NCBI RefSeq assembly: GCF_006345805.1
Contig: NC_043007.1
Span: forward strand, 8,308,001-8,372,000
Reading direction: 5' to 3'
Length of the DNA stretch: 64,000 bases
Origin: Octopus sinensis
Lineage: Eukaryota
This document shows positions 40,410 through 53,700 of the stretch, in pieces; within the stretch, counting starts at the first letter, position 1; each line of letters starts with the position of its first letter. The notes beneath the pieces were generated by a model. It was not told the origin of the DNA, searched no databases, and saw nothing but the letters and a program-made list of their open reading frames with translations. Position numbers and translations under genes: made by a program.

Positions 40410-41544
40410 AGGCAATTCAAGCTCATTGTTGCCATTTAATAGTCAAGACTTTTTATATAGGAATTTGCTTGATGGTGATGTCTAAAAAAGACGTGTGTGT
40501 GTGTGTGTGTGTGTGATCCAAATAAGAAGACAAAGAAAGAGCCCAGCACATCTTTAAGGACCAGTTAGGATTGTTTTGGGACTTCTGCTTTTAACACTAT
40601 TGCATACAAAACGTTCCACAATATTAGAGTTGTGCTTCATTCGACTGGTGCCAATAGGCACACACTTACTTAGTGTGATTGCCAAACATTGAATGTTGCT
40701 TATAAAGGGAAGAAATAATTAGAATAAAATAAAAATGGTGAAATCAGGCAAAAACAGAATTAGAAGAAGAATGTTTAAAACCAAAAAACATTAAGTAACG
40801 TTTCACTTGGAACTTTTGCATAGGATGGCATTAATCTTACTTGGATTATACTTTAATCTTTGCTAGACTCACAAATTGGATTTACTGGTGTGATATCGAA
40901 ATTTCTGAGAGTCTGGCTCAAGAGTCCAGAGTACCAGTTGAATGGTGCATTAGAGGTACTCTGGTTTTCTACCCTTTCAGGACCATGACACACATTATAT
41001 AAGGCACAGGCATGGCTGTGTGCTTCCCAACCACTGGGATTCAGGTTCAGTCCCACTGAATGGCACCTTGGGCAAATACACATATACATGCATTACTGGC
41101 CCCCGTGCTGGTGGCACGTAAAAAGCACCCACTACACTCTCGGAGTGGTTGGCATTAGGAAGGGCATCCAGCTGTAGAAACTCTGCCAGATCAAGATTGG
41201 GGCCTGGTGCAGCCATCTGGTTCGCCAGCCCTCAGTCAAAATCGTCCAACCCATGCTAGCATGGAAAGCGGACGCTAAACGATGAAGATGATGCATGTGT
41301 ACTTCTATTTCATTGTTGCAATACGACAGGCTCCCTGTAAGCAAAACATCACCATCATACAAGCAATGTTGATTGCAATTTTCCATGAAAATACTTTTGG
41401 CCCAGGAGAAAAATATTACCTTGTTTGGAAAAGGTGAGAATTTGAGATGAGAAGAGCATTCAGTCGGAGAAAATCTGCCTGGCTGAATCTCGTGTGACCC
41501 AGTCAAGCGCGGAACATTAGAGAAATTCATTTAGGTTTACTTAC

Positions 41545-41672
41545 TCACTGATCTGGAGAAAATCAATTTCATTTTTGATGAAATAATTTCTGATTCTGAC
41601 AAAGTCAAAATAAGATGGAATGAAGATCATGGTGCTGTTCATGTTGGAGACGCCTCGATACTTTGGTAAAAT
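41545..41672 (-). CDS. UTP25: UTP25 exon (ILPKYRGVSNMNSTMIFIPSYFDFVRIRNYFIKNEIDFLQISE)
   Basis: IPSYFDFVRxRNYF motif; AAG acceptor and GTAAGT donor. Confidence 0.92.
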
Positions 41673-42162
41673 CTTCACCAGAAAATAAATGTAAACATTT
41701 CAGTTGAATTCATTCTTTTAAAGTAAATAATAATAATAACAACAGGAACCCCTACTTCTACCCACGACCATATAGATGTTATTGTTAAATAATATCTTAA
41801 AGCACTTTTAAGCACAACCAAGCATTTACTATTACTGGGACTCCAGTCTGAACTTCATAATACACACACACAATGTAAGCAAATGAAACAACAAGGCTCA
41901 AAATAAATATGTCTACATTTATTTGTAACAGAATATGAAAGGCATTCACAGTGAGACTTTGTCATGGAGAAAAATTTCTATAGACTCTGTGCAAAAACAG
42001 ATTGAACTGAGCTATCAGACACAGTGTTTCTGTATAATTTTGCCTCTTCAGTGGCAGATATTGACAGAAAAGGCATCAGGTGGTAGAAACTGCATGAATA
42101 AGGCTTGTTCAACACACAGCAGCATGCAAAAAGTATAGCTAGAAACAACAATGACAACTCAC

Positions 42163-42234
42163 CTTTTTTATGAATGTATTAAAGCGAACGTCAACCGATT
42201 GACTGTAGCTTGAACACTCAATACGATGGAATAT
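42163..42234 (-). CDS. UTP25: UTP25 exon (IFHRIECSSYSQSVDVRFNTFIKK)
   Basis: xFxR...DxRF..F motif; canonical AG/GT, phases 0/0. Confidence 0.9.
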
Positions 42235-43136
42235 CTAAAGAAAATATTTAATTGAATTAAAATGGCTGTAAATGAAATGAAAAATTAATCTTTAATTACT
42301 AAACACTACCTGATAATTGAAAATACAGATTTAAATAAATACTTTACAGATGCTATTTAGCTCCAGGTGACCATTGCTGATTGAACAGATCTATGATGAA
42401 AGGAATTCCACCTGTGGCTATTCCATTTTATTTTTCAGACAGTATATCTAAGACTATATTATCTAATCCATTTTTTTTTTTAAGATGAAAGGGTATGATC
42501 TGAGGGATATTTGGCTCCTCTCTCTAGCAGGTCTAGAGACCACATACACATTCAGCCATTGACTCATATCCATAATCTGAATGTTGTTACTTAGACGCAA
42601 AATAAGCTGAAAGAGTCAACACAGTGACTCCATTATTGGCTCCGTACCAGGCTGATGAATGCTGCCTCGTAGTGAAACTGGTCAACAGAAACTGTAAAAA
42701 CCCGTCTCTCATATATTTCATCACCACCATTACAAATGTCATTGTTTTAATGTCTACCTTTTCATGGACCAGACAAGATCTTGTTGAGGCAGGAGGCCCT
42801 TCCTGATACAACTCTCACCTGTTTCGATGCAAAACAAAATTCCCATTCAATCAAACTATAAAAGACCAGACCAGACACACTTTGGCTGAATTCTACAAAC
42901 AACACTATTTGTCTGAGCAGTGTGGCTATTAATTACAATCAACACAGTGGAAAGTGTGAGAGAGGAGACAGCTCCCTTGCAGACCAGGGGCTGGAGAATG
43001 TCAGTGAGTGACTTTACGCTGGACCTTTTTTGCATGTAGTCTATGATTGCAGTGTGTGCAGCACCAGAATCCTAGATAGCAGCATTGGAGCTTTGTAGAG
43101 CATCAATAATTGTCAGGAGGCTGAAATTACATTTTA

Positions 43137-43178
<42 letters not shown>

Positions 43179-43181
<3 letters not shown>

Positions 43182-44012
43182 GGTGCAGTGAATAAACTGT
43201 TGTCTAAATTATGCAAAAATGAAAATAACACTGACATTTCATTTTAACAGATACATTTGTCAAAATTACATAAAAACATCTTGAAATACTAAAGAGTAAA
43301 TTCTTTCAATAAAATCGCCATTGGCTTCATCCACACCCTCCAGATGACTTCAGAATCTACTGCAGCTCTTCTGGACGGTCTCCTTGTTTAAGTTGGTAAA
43401 TGCTGCCATAATCCTTGCGTTCAGTTCATCTTTGGTGTCAAGGGGGTTGCAGTCTAGGGAGTTAGGTGTCCAGATGTTAGGAGTACTGAGGTCACAAAAA
43501 TTGTCAGACAGCCAGTGAGTGATAATCTTAAGCATATTTTCCGACAGCTCGTGTGGCATGGTGCAGAGTCCGGTTGCCAGACATAGGGCCTTCCAGTAGC
43601 TACCCTCTTGATTCAGGGCAGCACTACCCACTACAGGCACTTGATGCAGGCTTCTGTGTTGAGTCTGAGGCCATGTGGGAAGATGAATGGAGGCATAACG
43701 TTGCCATCACTAAGGATCACCTCAAACACCGTGATGTTGACTGGATGTTTGATTTTCATCACTCTCAGTACATGTCCTCAAATTGACACCTAAACACTCT
43801 GAAATGCTCTTATTGGAGCTTCCGGCTTGAATGCCAAGCAGTACAGCATGTCGTTTCCAAATTTCTGGCAGAGTGAATTGCATCATGGTGTTGTTTTTTC
43901 TCAAAGACGGTGCCCAACTGACCCTACTATACTGTGTAGTTGATACAACCAAAAACAAACAATGCATGAAATTAAGAATATAAAATGGCGACAATTTACC
44001 CATCGCACCCTG
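43179..44012 (-). mobile_element. Internally deleted Tc1/mariner-superfamily element, maT/DD37D-like
   Basis: CAGGGTGC...GCACCCTG termini inside (TA)n runs. Transposase remnants GRPYVWQPDSAPCHTS and WTPNSLDCNPLD; N-terminal HTH-like segment near 43800-43885. Confidence 0.8.
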
Positions 44013-44030
44013 TATATATATATATATATA

Positions 44031-44075
<45 letters not shown>

Positions 44076-44488
44076 AAGAGCCCTTTGTCATGAAAGACCA
44101 TGGAATTGCACTTAGAAAGTTCCCGGCTGAGGCACAAGTCTGGGCAAGGTTGTTTATGGAAGACCACCAGTTGCCCAAACCAGCCTCCCCTTTCCAGGCC
44201 AGTGATGTCCAAAGGAAATGCAAAGGCCAATACAGCTTGGCACCATATCTATCGATCTTGGTGGTATGAATTTTGGGAAATCATATAAGGATTCCATGAC
44301 AAGTAATTTTGTTAGGTGCTGCTGCTTTCGATGTAAACCAAAATAAATAAGGAACAGATGACTACAGCCACAACATAAATTTACTTAATCAAGGCAGACT
44401 TGACGTTAAACAATGACAACTGAAATACATGCATATATATATATATATATATATAAAAGGCAAAACAAAAAGAAGGCAACAAACTTAC

Positions 44489-44565
44489 CATTGGAATCTG
44501 AAGAGCTACTTGGCAGATGGATCCATCAGTCATTCCAGGACATAACATTAACTTACCAGCATAGT
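44489..44565 (-). CDS. UTP25: UTP25 exon (NYAGKLMLCPGMTDGSICQVALQIPM)
   Basis: GSIxQVxxQxP motif; phases 1/0. Confidence 0.88.
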
Positions 44566-45457
44566 CTGGGTTGATTAAGTTACAGAAAATACTGAGAGCA
44601 AGAGAGAGATAAAGGAAAAAGAAGTAAAGCGAAACACAGAAGTCACCCTAATATTTCCCTCTGTGAGCTGACATGGAGTCACATGACTTGCTAGAAATAG
44701 CAAACAAATTTGATTCATAAAAGGACAAATACATTGAAAAAGTATTTCTAAATCAAAGTGTCTTGGTTCTTTTGTTTCTGTTGATTTTATTTCAACTAAT
44801 TTTGAAAATATGCCAAAGATTACCACTCACTCTTGCTTCTGTTCTCCTTCAGTTATAGGGGCTACTTTAAGGCCTTTAGCCTTACAAGCTATAAAGCATT
44901 CATCACGAGTGACGGTGCCATGAAAAATGCCCCAGGCACACATTGTAAAGTGGTTGGTGTTGGGGAGGGCATCCAGTCATAAAAGCTGCACCAAAATAGA
45001 TGCTGGCACACAATGCAGTCCTCTGTCAGGTTGAACCCCGTCTCACCATCCAACCGATGCCAACATGGAAGCTGGACATAGGACGATGAATTCAATAAAA
45101 TAACTTTCCTATTAATCTTGTGTTTCATACGAAATTCTTCATGTCACAGAAAACCTAGACGAAGATGTCCAACATGGATTTTATAAACACACACACACAC
45201 ACACGCTCTCAGACTTTAGATGCACTAAGTTGAAAACAAACTGTTGTTAGGTTTATTGATGCTTATATTAAAAAAAAAGGTAAGAATGAAGCAGTGAAAT
45301 ACTTGCTTCAAAACTTCAAACGAAATGAGATCAAATTTGCAGATTTATAGCAAATAAAATATATTGAAAAGCAGAAAAGACATTTAAAAAAAAATAAAAA
45401 CAAATTATATTTGTTGACAATGTTTCCCAATAATAATATATTCATTGAAAAGGATAC

Positions 45458-45540
45458 TGAGAGAGTATTTATTAAAGAGTACGTTGATTAGTGGAGAACT
45501 GAGACTACTCAAAACCAAAGTCTGTCGATAATATTTGTTC
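45458..45540 (-). CDS. UTP25: UTP25 exon (WNKYYRQTLVLSSLSSPLINVLFNKYSL)
   Basis: KYYRQTL and FNKY motifs; phases 2/1. Confidence 0.9.
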
Positions 45541-46017
45541 CTGCAAATAAAAAGAAAGAAAAGAAAAATCAAAGTCTCTCGATGGTATTTGGATTTAGCA
45601 GACCCATGGCCACTGCTGCTGCTGGTGGACAATTTTCAACTGTTAGTGGACATCCTGTGCCTTTTAGCATTATACAGCTACGCGAGAAATGCTTTCTTGA
45701 GATGAATACCACAGATGTGTGGTTGCTTATTCGTGTAAGTCATACAGAATGCTAAATGTGTGTGTGTGTAACACCTTTCCTTGGCATCCTGTGATGGTTG
45801 TAAACGAGAAACACCATCATACAAGTGATGTTGTCAGTCTCCAGTCTTTAGTGAAAAACCATGTCTGGCCATGGAGAAAGAAATATTCCTTTGCTTGACA
45901 ATTAGTCTGGTGAGGGGAAAGGCATCCAGCTGTAGAGAAGTCTCAACAAATTCCTCCGGACCCATGCAAGCAGCAAAAAGTGGATGTTAAAAGGAAGGTG
46001 ATGATGAAATTTTAAGA

Positions 46018-47104
46018 CCCTTTTGTTACCAAACCGCCCAAAGCTGCCCGAAAAAAATTTTGGTTAATGAGACCAAACCGCCCAAAGCCACCCGAATTTA
46101 CCTATTCATATTTAAATGAGAATATCAGAGCAAATCTCTTTAGTACATTCGTGAAAACACGTATTATACTTCGTAAAGAGTTCAACTACAGTTTTGAACA
46201 ATAATCAAAGTGTAATTTTAATTCCGTGAATTTTGGGAGATTTTTTTCCGAAATTTGTTCCTATTGTGTTTTCAAAATTTGTAATTCTGACAAAAAATGG
46301 ATACGAATTTCATTATATCAAGCAGCGAGTCAGAATTCGAAGGATTTTCTACTGAAGACCTTCATAAATCTAACTCTATGACTAAAAAAAAAAAGCATGT
46401 GGTATTTGATAATGAATCTGATGTTTCATTTTCCGAAAGTGAAAACAGTGAATCCGAGAGCTCCGACAGTGATAAAAAAAATGAATTGGCACCTGAATGG
46501 AGTGAAAATTTAAAAACTGTTTCTTTCGGTGATTTTTCTGAAGAAACTGGACCAAGCCACAGACTTTCCCAGAAGAGTAAAGCCTTAGACTATTTCTTTT
46601 TACTTTTTCGAATGAGCCTATTTGAAATCATTACGGCAGAAACGAACCGTTACGCTAAACGTAAACAAAACGAAAGAAAGTATAGTTAGTGGTTTCCCAT
46701 AACCTTAAATGAAATTAAGACTATTTTGCCATAAATATTATTATGGGTATCAGAAAGTTACCCAGAATAACAAATTCTATCGTAAAATTTTGTTGTATAC
46801 CCAATTGAATATTAGCTAATAATCCATTTTCTATAGCGATGTTTGAACAAAATTTTAATAATTTTATATTTTGTTGAATTTACCTGTATCTACCTGCAAT
46901 TAGAGTCACGTTGTGACAAAAATTATAGTATAGAATTGGTTGAGAATATTTCATTAAATTATCTTCCAAAAATCAGATTAATATATCCATAAATAAAAAA
47001 GTTATAGTTGTTTAATAAAACCAGACTAAATTTATGATTATGTTAGAAATGAATTGAAACACATAAGGGGGTGTATTTTGGTCAGAAATATAGTAACGAA
47101 AGGG
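46018..47104 (+). mobile_element. piggyBac deletion derivative retaining the 5' transposase fragment
   Basis: Ends CCCTTTTGTTAC and GTAACGAAAGGG-TTAA. ORF 46297-46689 has an acidic S/E/D-rich N-terminus and the YFFLLF...IITAETNRYA piggyBac motif, followed by a broken W.P.TL.E...MGI.KLP segment. Confidence 0.82.
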
Positions 47105-48483
47105 TTAAGTTTGCACATTGCATGCTCATAATTCTTTCTACTCTAGGCACAAAGCCTGCAACACTAGGTGGGGGAGGGTCAGTTGAGTCAATTAATGTTA
47201 GAACTCAGCTGATACTATTTTATCAAGCCTGAAAGGATATGGGGTGCGGTGGGGGGGGGGGGGGGTAAGAAAAAAAAAAATTCAACCATGGCAAAGAAGT
47301 TCAGAACAAAGAAGGACAAGATGCTGTTAAGCATTCTGCCTGGGGTGCAGTTTCCATTCCATCAGCACCAATGACGCCACTTGCAACACTATAAATCCTG
47401 AGGGTGGTTGTGGCTTTGTTTCAGGAGATGAGGGGGAGGAGGAGAATGATCAGGCGGGGGCTGGAAAGAAATGAAATAGTGGTGCTGTGGTGTGTAGTGG
47501 CCCCTGAAGGGACAGGATCTAATAGTGTGGGTGGGTGAGGGGAGGTACACAACAACTGCAGTGATTGGGTATGGTAGAAGGGTGGGTGTAGTGTGTGGAG
47601 GATGACCAACGATGCAGGAGAAAACAGGGAAGAGCAGCAGCAGAGAGAGGCTTAGTGCATGAGGAGAGGGAGAGGCATGGCGGAGGAGAGAAGAGTGTTA
47701 ATGGATGAACCTGTGAGAAGGTTCCAAGGAGCAAGAAATATTAAATGGTACCAAGGAAGATGATGAGGGGAAGGTGGGGATGTGTGTGTGTGTGCAAGGT
47801 TATGAATATCCAGGAAACAAAGAATTCCAATGAAGAGTCAAAAGATTGCCACTGGATCTCTGCAGACTTCTGGAGCCATGGCAGCACATGTTCCTATCAT
47901 AACTCCAGGCAGAGTTTTTGGCACACTAAACTAATGCTATTTTCAAACTATATATTTAATGAATAAATAACAAAATCTATTTTGTAATGTTCATCAGCAC
48001 GGCAACATGGTTGTTCTGTAGGAACCGAGATATGTATCATCATCATCATCATCGTTTAACGTCAGCCTTCCATGCTGGCACAGGTGGGACAGTTTGACAA
48101 GAGCCTGCACCAGACTTCTGTAACTGTTTTGGCAGGATTCCCTTCCTAACACCAACCACTCAGCAGAGTGGACTTAGTGCTTTATCGACTGCAGACTGTA
48201 TCAAGTAACCAGCTGGAGGAGGCGTCCACCTGGGGTTAAAATGGTAGTAACGTGAGTTCCTACAGAACGGCCATGCTGAAGTGGCAATTAATATATAGTT
48301 ACTACTTTTATCTCTTATCAAGATTTCCTGATCAGCTGCTTTGCTCCTTGCAAAATCTATTTTAATCAATAAAAATATCTAAGGCAACAGGTTCCTTATT
48401 TACATTTGATAATACATTTTGGATTCTTTGAAGAATCTTTAAAAACAAGCAAAAACAATAAAGAGTGAAATAAGGAAACATAC

Positions 48484-48569
48484 CAACTGTTGAGGGCCCA
48501 AGCTCTCACTCTGGAAAAATCACAGCCATGGGAATCTTTTGGTTGGAGATGTAAATGATCCATAATATA
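48484..48569 (-). CDS. UTP25: UTP25 exon ([29 protein letters not shown])
   Basis: PxDSHGxDFSRVRxW motif; phases 0/2. Confidence 0.93.
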
Positions 48570-48679
48570 CTGTCAAATATAAATAAAATAGATTTACATA
48601 ATTTTACTGGTTTTAGTTATGGGTGGTGGCTGAGCTGGAGCATTTCTCCCTCAATAAGTTTTTTTCTGTTCATCAAGTT

Positions 48680-48752
48680 GCCTGCATAGCTCAGTCAGTA
48701 GAGCATCAGACTTTTAATCTGAGGGTCACAGGCTCATGTCCCTCAACAGGCG
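48680..48752 (+). tRNA. tRNA-Lys(UUU)-derived sequence, probably a pseudogene
   Basis: Intact D arm and anticodon arm TCAGA-CTTTTAA-TCTGA. T arm (ACAGG-CTCATGT-CCCTC) and two acceptor-stem pairs are disrupted. Confidence 0.8.
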
Positions 48753-51466
48753 TATATTCATTTTCCCCCTGAACTGGTGACACATAAAAGACACCCACTA
48801 AACTCTTGGAGTGATTGGTGTTAGAAAGGACATCCAGCCACAGAAACCAAGCCAAAATCAGACTGGAGCTTGGTGCAGCTTTCCAGTTCCAGTGAAACCA
48901 TCCAACCCATGCCAGCATGGAAAGCAGACACTAAATGATGATGATGAGCATCAACCCCGTTCCTTATTTGTTTGGTATTTTCACTTTTTCTTTTGAATGT
49001 CTAAATCACAAAGTGATTCAATCTAATGCTCTCTCTCTCAAACACACACACACAGAGGCATAGCTGTACAGTTAAGAAGTTAGTTTCCAAGCTGCATACT
49101 TTCAGGCTTGGTGCCGTTTCATGGCATCTAGAGCAAGAGACTTCTATTATAGCTTCAGGCTGACCAAATCCTTGAGAGTGGATTAGGTAGACAGAAACTG
49201 AAGGAAGTCTGTCGAGTGTATATGTCATGACTCTTAATCCCCATCATCTTAATGTCCAGTTTTCTACGCCTGCAGGGGTCAGATGAGATTTATTGGGGCA
49301 CTCTTCCTACAGCCAGATGCCTTTCCTATTGTCAACCCATACCTGTTTCCAAGCAAGGTAATATTTTCCTATGGTTTTTGCAGAATACTGGAAATGAATG
49401 ACATTTACAGTATTAATGTCAAGACATGGAGGCACAAACACACACACAAAATGGGCATCTTTCAGTTTCTGTCCACAAAACCCGCTCATAGCACTTTGGT
49501 CAGACCTAGGGTATAGAAGACACTTGCCCAAGGTTCCACTCAATGGAACTGAACCTGGAATCAAGCCTCTTACTACACAGCCACAACCGTGCCTTTCGTG
49601 TTGTTTAATAGACTGGGAGATTACCACATCATCATCATCATCATCGTTTAACGTCTGCTTTCCATGCTGGCATGGGTTGGACTGTTTGACCGAGGACTGG
49701 CGAACCAGATGGCTGCACCACGCTCCAATCTTGATCTGGCAGAGTTTCTACAGCTGGATGCCCTTCCTAATGCCAACCACTCCAAGAGTGTAGTGGGGGA
49801 TTTTTACGTGCCAGTCAGGTGGTACTGGCAACGACCTTGCTTGAATCTTTTACACATGCCATCGGCACACCTTCCTTGAAAACAGGTGACGGGTGGGGTT
49901 ATCAGGAAGGGCATCCAACTGTAAGAGATTCCGTCAATGGTAATTGTTCAATCAATGTTGGTGATGATCATGAGATGAACTCAGAGCATGAAGACTTCAA
50001 TGCCAGTAACTCCACCCCAAACCCTACCTCACCGTGGATATGAACCTACAATCCACACACTAACAGTCTAGATTGTTATTCACTCACCTCAAATTACTTG
50101 ACTAGATTTGATTCTAATTAGTAAACAGATCTAAAGAATTTCATTTCCTAACCATGCAATTTCAGGCTCAGTCCCACTGTGCGACACCCCAGGCAAATGT
50201 CTCCTACTGCAACCCTGGGCCAAACAAAACCTTGTGAGTAGATTTTTTAGACAGAAACTGAAAGAAGCCTTTTGTGTGTAAATGCGTGTACCTCCTTGTC
50301 CTGACATTGCATGATAGTTGTAAATGTATGTCAATGTCATTCATTTCCAATCTTCATAGGGAAATTATTAGCTTGCTTGGAATCAAGTGAGGGTTAATGA
50401 CAGGAAAGGCATCTGGCAGTACGAAATTCGCTTCAATGGATTTTGCCTGCTCTACGCAACTGGATGTTAAAAACAATAATCAGATCTCCGTAAGCCACTT
50501 TTTTAACAAAGAGTACCCAGTAGTTTGTTCATCTGATCTACTTGCTCATTGCAGTGAGATCTTAGTGGCTGAGTATTCCCGACATACTCTTGGGCAGAAT
50601 CAACATGACACAGTGACAAGGCTGGACATTTAAAATACATGTACAATCCATCCAACAATTTCCATTTCCTCTAATTTCACCAAATGAGGTGCGGATCAAC
50701 CTGGGTCAATGAGAAATGACACTTACCCAAGATGCCACGCATTGAGATTGAACTCTGTACCTTGTGATCGATAAGTGAAAGCAAACCTCTTGCCAATTTG
50801 GCCACAGTGTGTTGAGGTACAGCACCTACATCAGAGGCAGACTGTAAAAGGGAGAGTAAATCACCTCTTCACCTGCAGACTAGGGTGGTACCATGGGCAG
50901 GGGATAGCAGCCCCTTAGTCTCTTGTACCAGGGATATGAAGACGTCGGAACTGACAAGGCAGAGGAACCCTAGACGAAAGGCTTAAAAGATTATAGCAGC
51001 CAAGTCTAAGATCGTTACCAACAGAAATGATTAGGCATCAACTAACAAACACGCTGCTTCTGCAGGGTAGCCTTATTGTTGACCATGCTTGTTACACTCT
51101 TGTACACCACTTGGTATTTGGTTTTGAGGCCCAGAGAAGTACTTTGGTGGTGGGGGATGACACCAACTGTCTTACTGTCCAAGGAGTTTTGTTGCTGACC
51201 AGAACAATCAACATTGGCCTGTGATGAACAGCCACCGCTGCCAATGTCTGGGCGATAGACCAGGAATGCCATCAGTTTATGCCTGTATTCCAAACAGACA
51301 TGGGTTGGATGGTTTGAAAGGATCCGACAACCCAGAGGTCTCCAGTGCCTGCTTTGGAAAGGTTTCTACAGCTAGATGACCTTCCTAATGCTGACCACTT
51401 TACAGACTGGACTGGATGCTGGAGTTCAAAAAAGATAAAATGAAATCAATATAAAAAATATCTTAC

Positions 51467-51563
51467 CAATATATGTTCCCAGTTTTGCATCAGGAATATA
51501 TCAGTTTGGTCAAGGATTAATATTTCAATAGATGACAGAAAATCAAATTCTTTCTTTGATTGG
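51467..51563 (-). CDS. UTP25: UTP25 exon ([33 protein letters not shown])
   Basis: DFLSSIE..DQ..LMQNWEH hallmark motif; phases 2/0. Confidence 0.95.
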
Positions 51564-53483
51564 CTGCAAAGAGTAAAAAAAGAAAAAAGAAAAATCACAA
51601 ATAATAAAAGCAAAATCCTATTCGAAAACAGAATTTTTTGGTTTTCATTTCTTACAAATCACAGTTCTAGATTTCAAAGAAACTTCTGAAGGACAGAATC
51701 ACAATCGAAGAATGAGGCATATTGCATTAGGCAAGGTATCAGGATATGTGCCAGTTTGATGGGGGGGGGGGGGGTATGTGTGCAGATGAGGGCCCAGTGG
51801 CCTAGTAGTTAGTGGGGTGCACTCACAATTGCAAGATCAGGAGTTCCATTCTTGAGCAGAACCTTTCAGCTCATGTTGCTCGGCAATCACTTCAACATGT
51901 GATGTGTGGCACATGGGGCACCTCTACATGTTATGTCGATTTGAGAGAGGCAGGGAGCTTAGGTGCAGCAAAAACATTTGCTCACTATAAGCAAATCACT
52001 TGTGCAGGTTACTCAGCAAGATGTTGCAGAATCCTTTTCCTCAGGCACAAAAGTATGTAAATACATTAATTTGGAATAAATGAAAGAGATTCTAATGGCT
52101 AATGAAGGACAAGGAAACCTGAAATTTTAAAATTGGGAAATAAGTACAAGTCCAGGGAGATTGATTATGTTTTAGTTCTTAGTTATGAAAGGAGGCAATG
52201 CCCATGACCCTTTAAAGGGCCTCTGAAATGGGTGAGATCTTTTAGTGAAGGGGGAACGGCAGTGTCCTGGACTTTGTATAGAACCTCTGAGACTGATGGT
52301 AGGGGGGAAGTTAATTCCAAGCTGAAGGCCCAGCCGAAATGCTTGCAATAAAGTAGGATGTGTTAAAGTCACCCAAGGTATTGGGTGGGCGTGCTAAACT
52401 GGGTAAAGGGTTAAAGCTATCATCCATGATGGGACTTGATCACAGAGTATAAAGAGCTGGAATGAACACAGTAAGGGGTTTTTGATTGAACTTCCTTACA
52501 CTTCTGCCAATCCACTGCTCTGCATTTTCACCAACCTCGAATGAATAAAAAGCAAAGCAGACTTCAGAGAGATTTCGATTCAGAACAAATATCTGAGTCA
52601 CTCTACCAAACTCTGCCAATCTGCAGCCTTAATGTTAGTCTGCTACTTTTAGAACATGGAACAGGATACCTTGTGCTATGTATTCCAGCTCTCTGCATTC
52701 TGAGGGGAAATGCCAGTGATGATAGTGGTGCCATTTTATGGGGAGATCTGTTTGCATGGGCAACTGTTGCAGTGCAAAAATTCTTTATCCAGGTTTGTAT
52801 CTTGGGGGAGGAACTATCCTGGTGGAGATACCCAACAGATGACAAAGTTCTTCTACTGCATGTCACCTTAAGTAAGTGATTAAAATCTAGTGAGTGTGGC
52901 AGATGAAAGCTTGGGTAGAAGCTTGTCAAATCTGTATACATCATCCTTATTTTAAGGTCCACTTTTCCATACTTGGAGGGGTCAGACAGAATTTATTAAG
53001 GCAGATCTTGTGGCTGGATTCCCTGCCTCTCACCTGTTTCCAAACTAAGAAAACATCTCCCCATGGCCAGACATCTTTCTCACAGAAGATCAGAAATAAA
53101 CTTGTATTATGCTAATGCTTGTAAAGTAGTTGGCATCAGGAAGGGCATCCAGCCATAAAAACCAGGAAAAACAGACAGTAAAGCCGGGTGCAGTCCTCTG
53201 GATTGCTAAACACCTGTCAAACTGTCCAAGCCATGCCAGCATGGAAGATGGACGTTAAATTATGATGATGTTAACACAAGGGTACACATACACACACAAT
53301 GACTTTCCTTCAGTCTTTGTCTATGAAATTCAATAACAAAGCCTCGTCTGACCAAGTGGCTACAGCCCTTGGCCAAAGTTCTGTGCATATATTTGCATGT
53401 ATTTTTTTGCAAAATATTAACCACTGACTTCATTTACTATTTCTTCATTCGGATATTCCATGTGAAACTATATTATATAATAT

Positions 53484-53700
53484 GGCGAGCTGACAGAAAC
53501 ATTAGCACTCTGGGCGAAATGCTTAGTGGTATTTCGTCTGTCTTTACGTTCTGAGTTCAAATTCCACCAAGGTTGACTTTGATTTCCATCCTTTCAGAGT
53601 TGATAAATTAAGTAAGTACCAGTTGCGTACTGATGTCGATCTAATCGACTGACCTCTCCCACCAAATTTCAGGCCTGGTGCCTAGAGTAGAAAAGTATAT
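53484..53700 (+). mobile_element. SINE copy, same family as 19226
   Basis: Collinear similarity to 19226-19440. Confidence 0.75.

Noticed and set aside
51700-52960. Possible decayed LINE 3' region
   Set aside because: Only faint similarity (AWN.LP-like) and no diagnostic RT motifs, so it could not be assigned.
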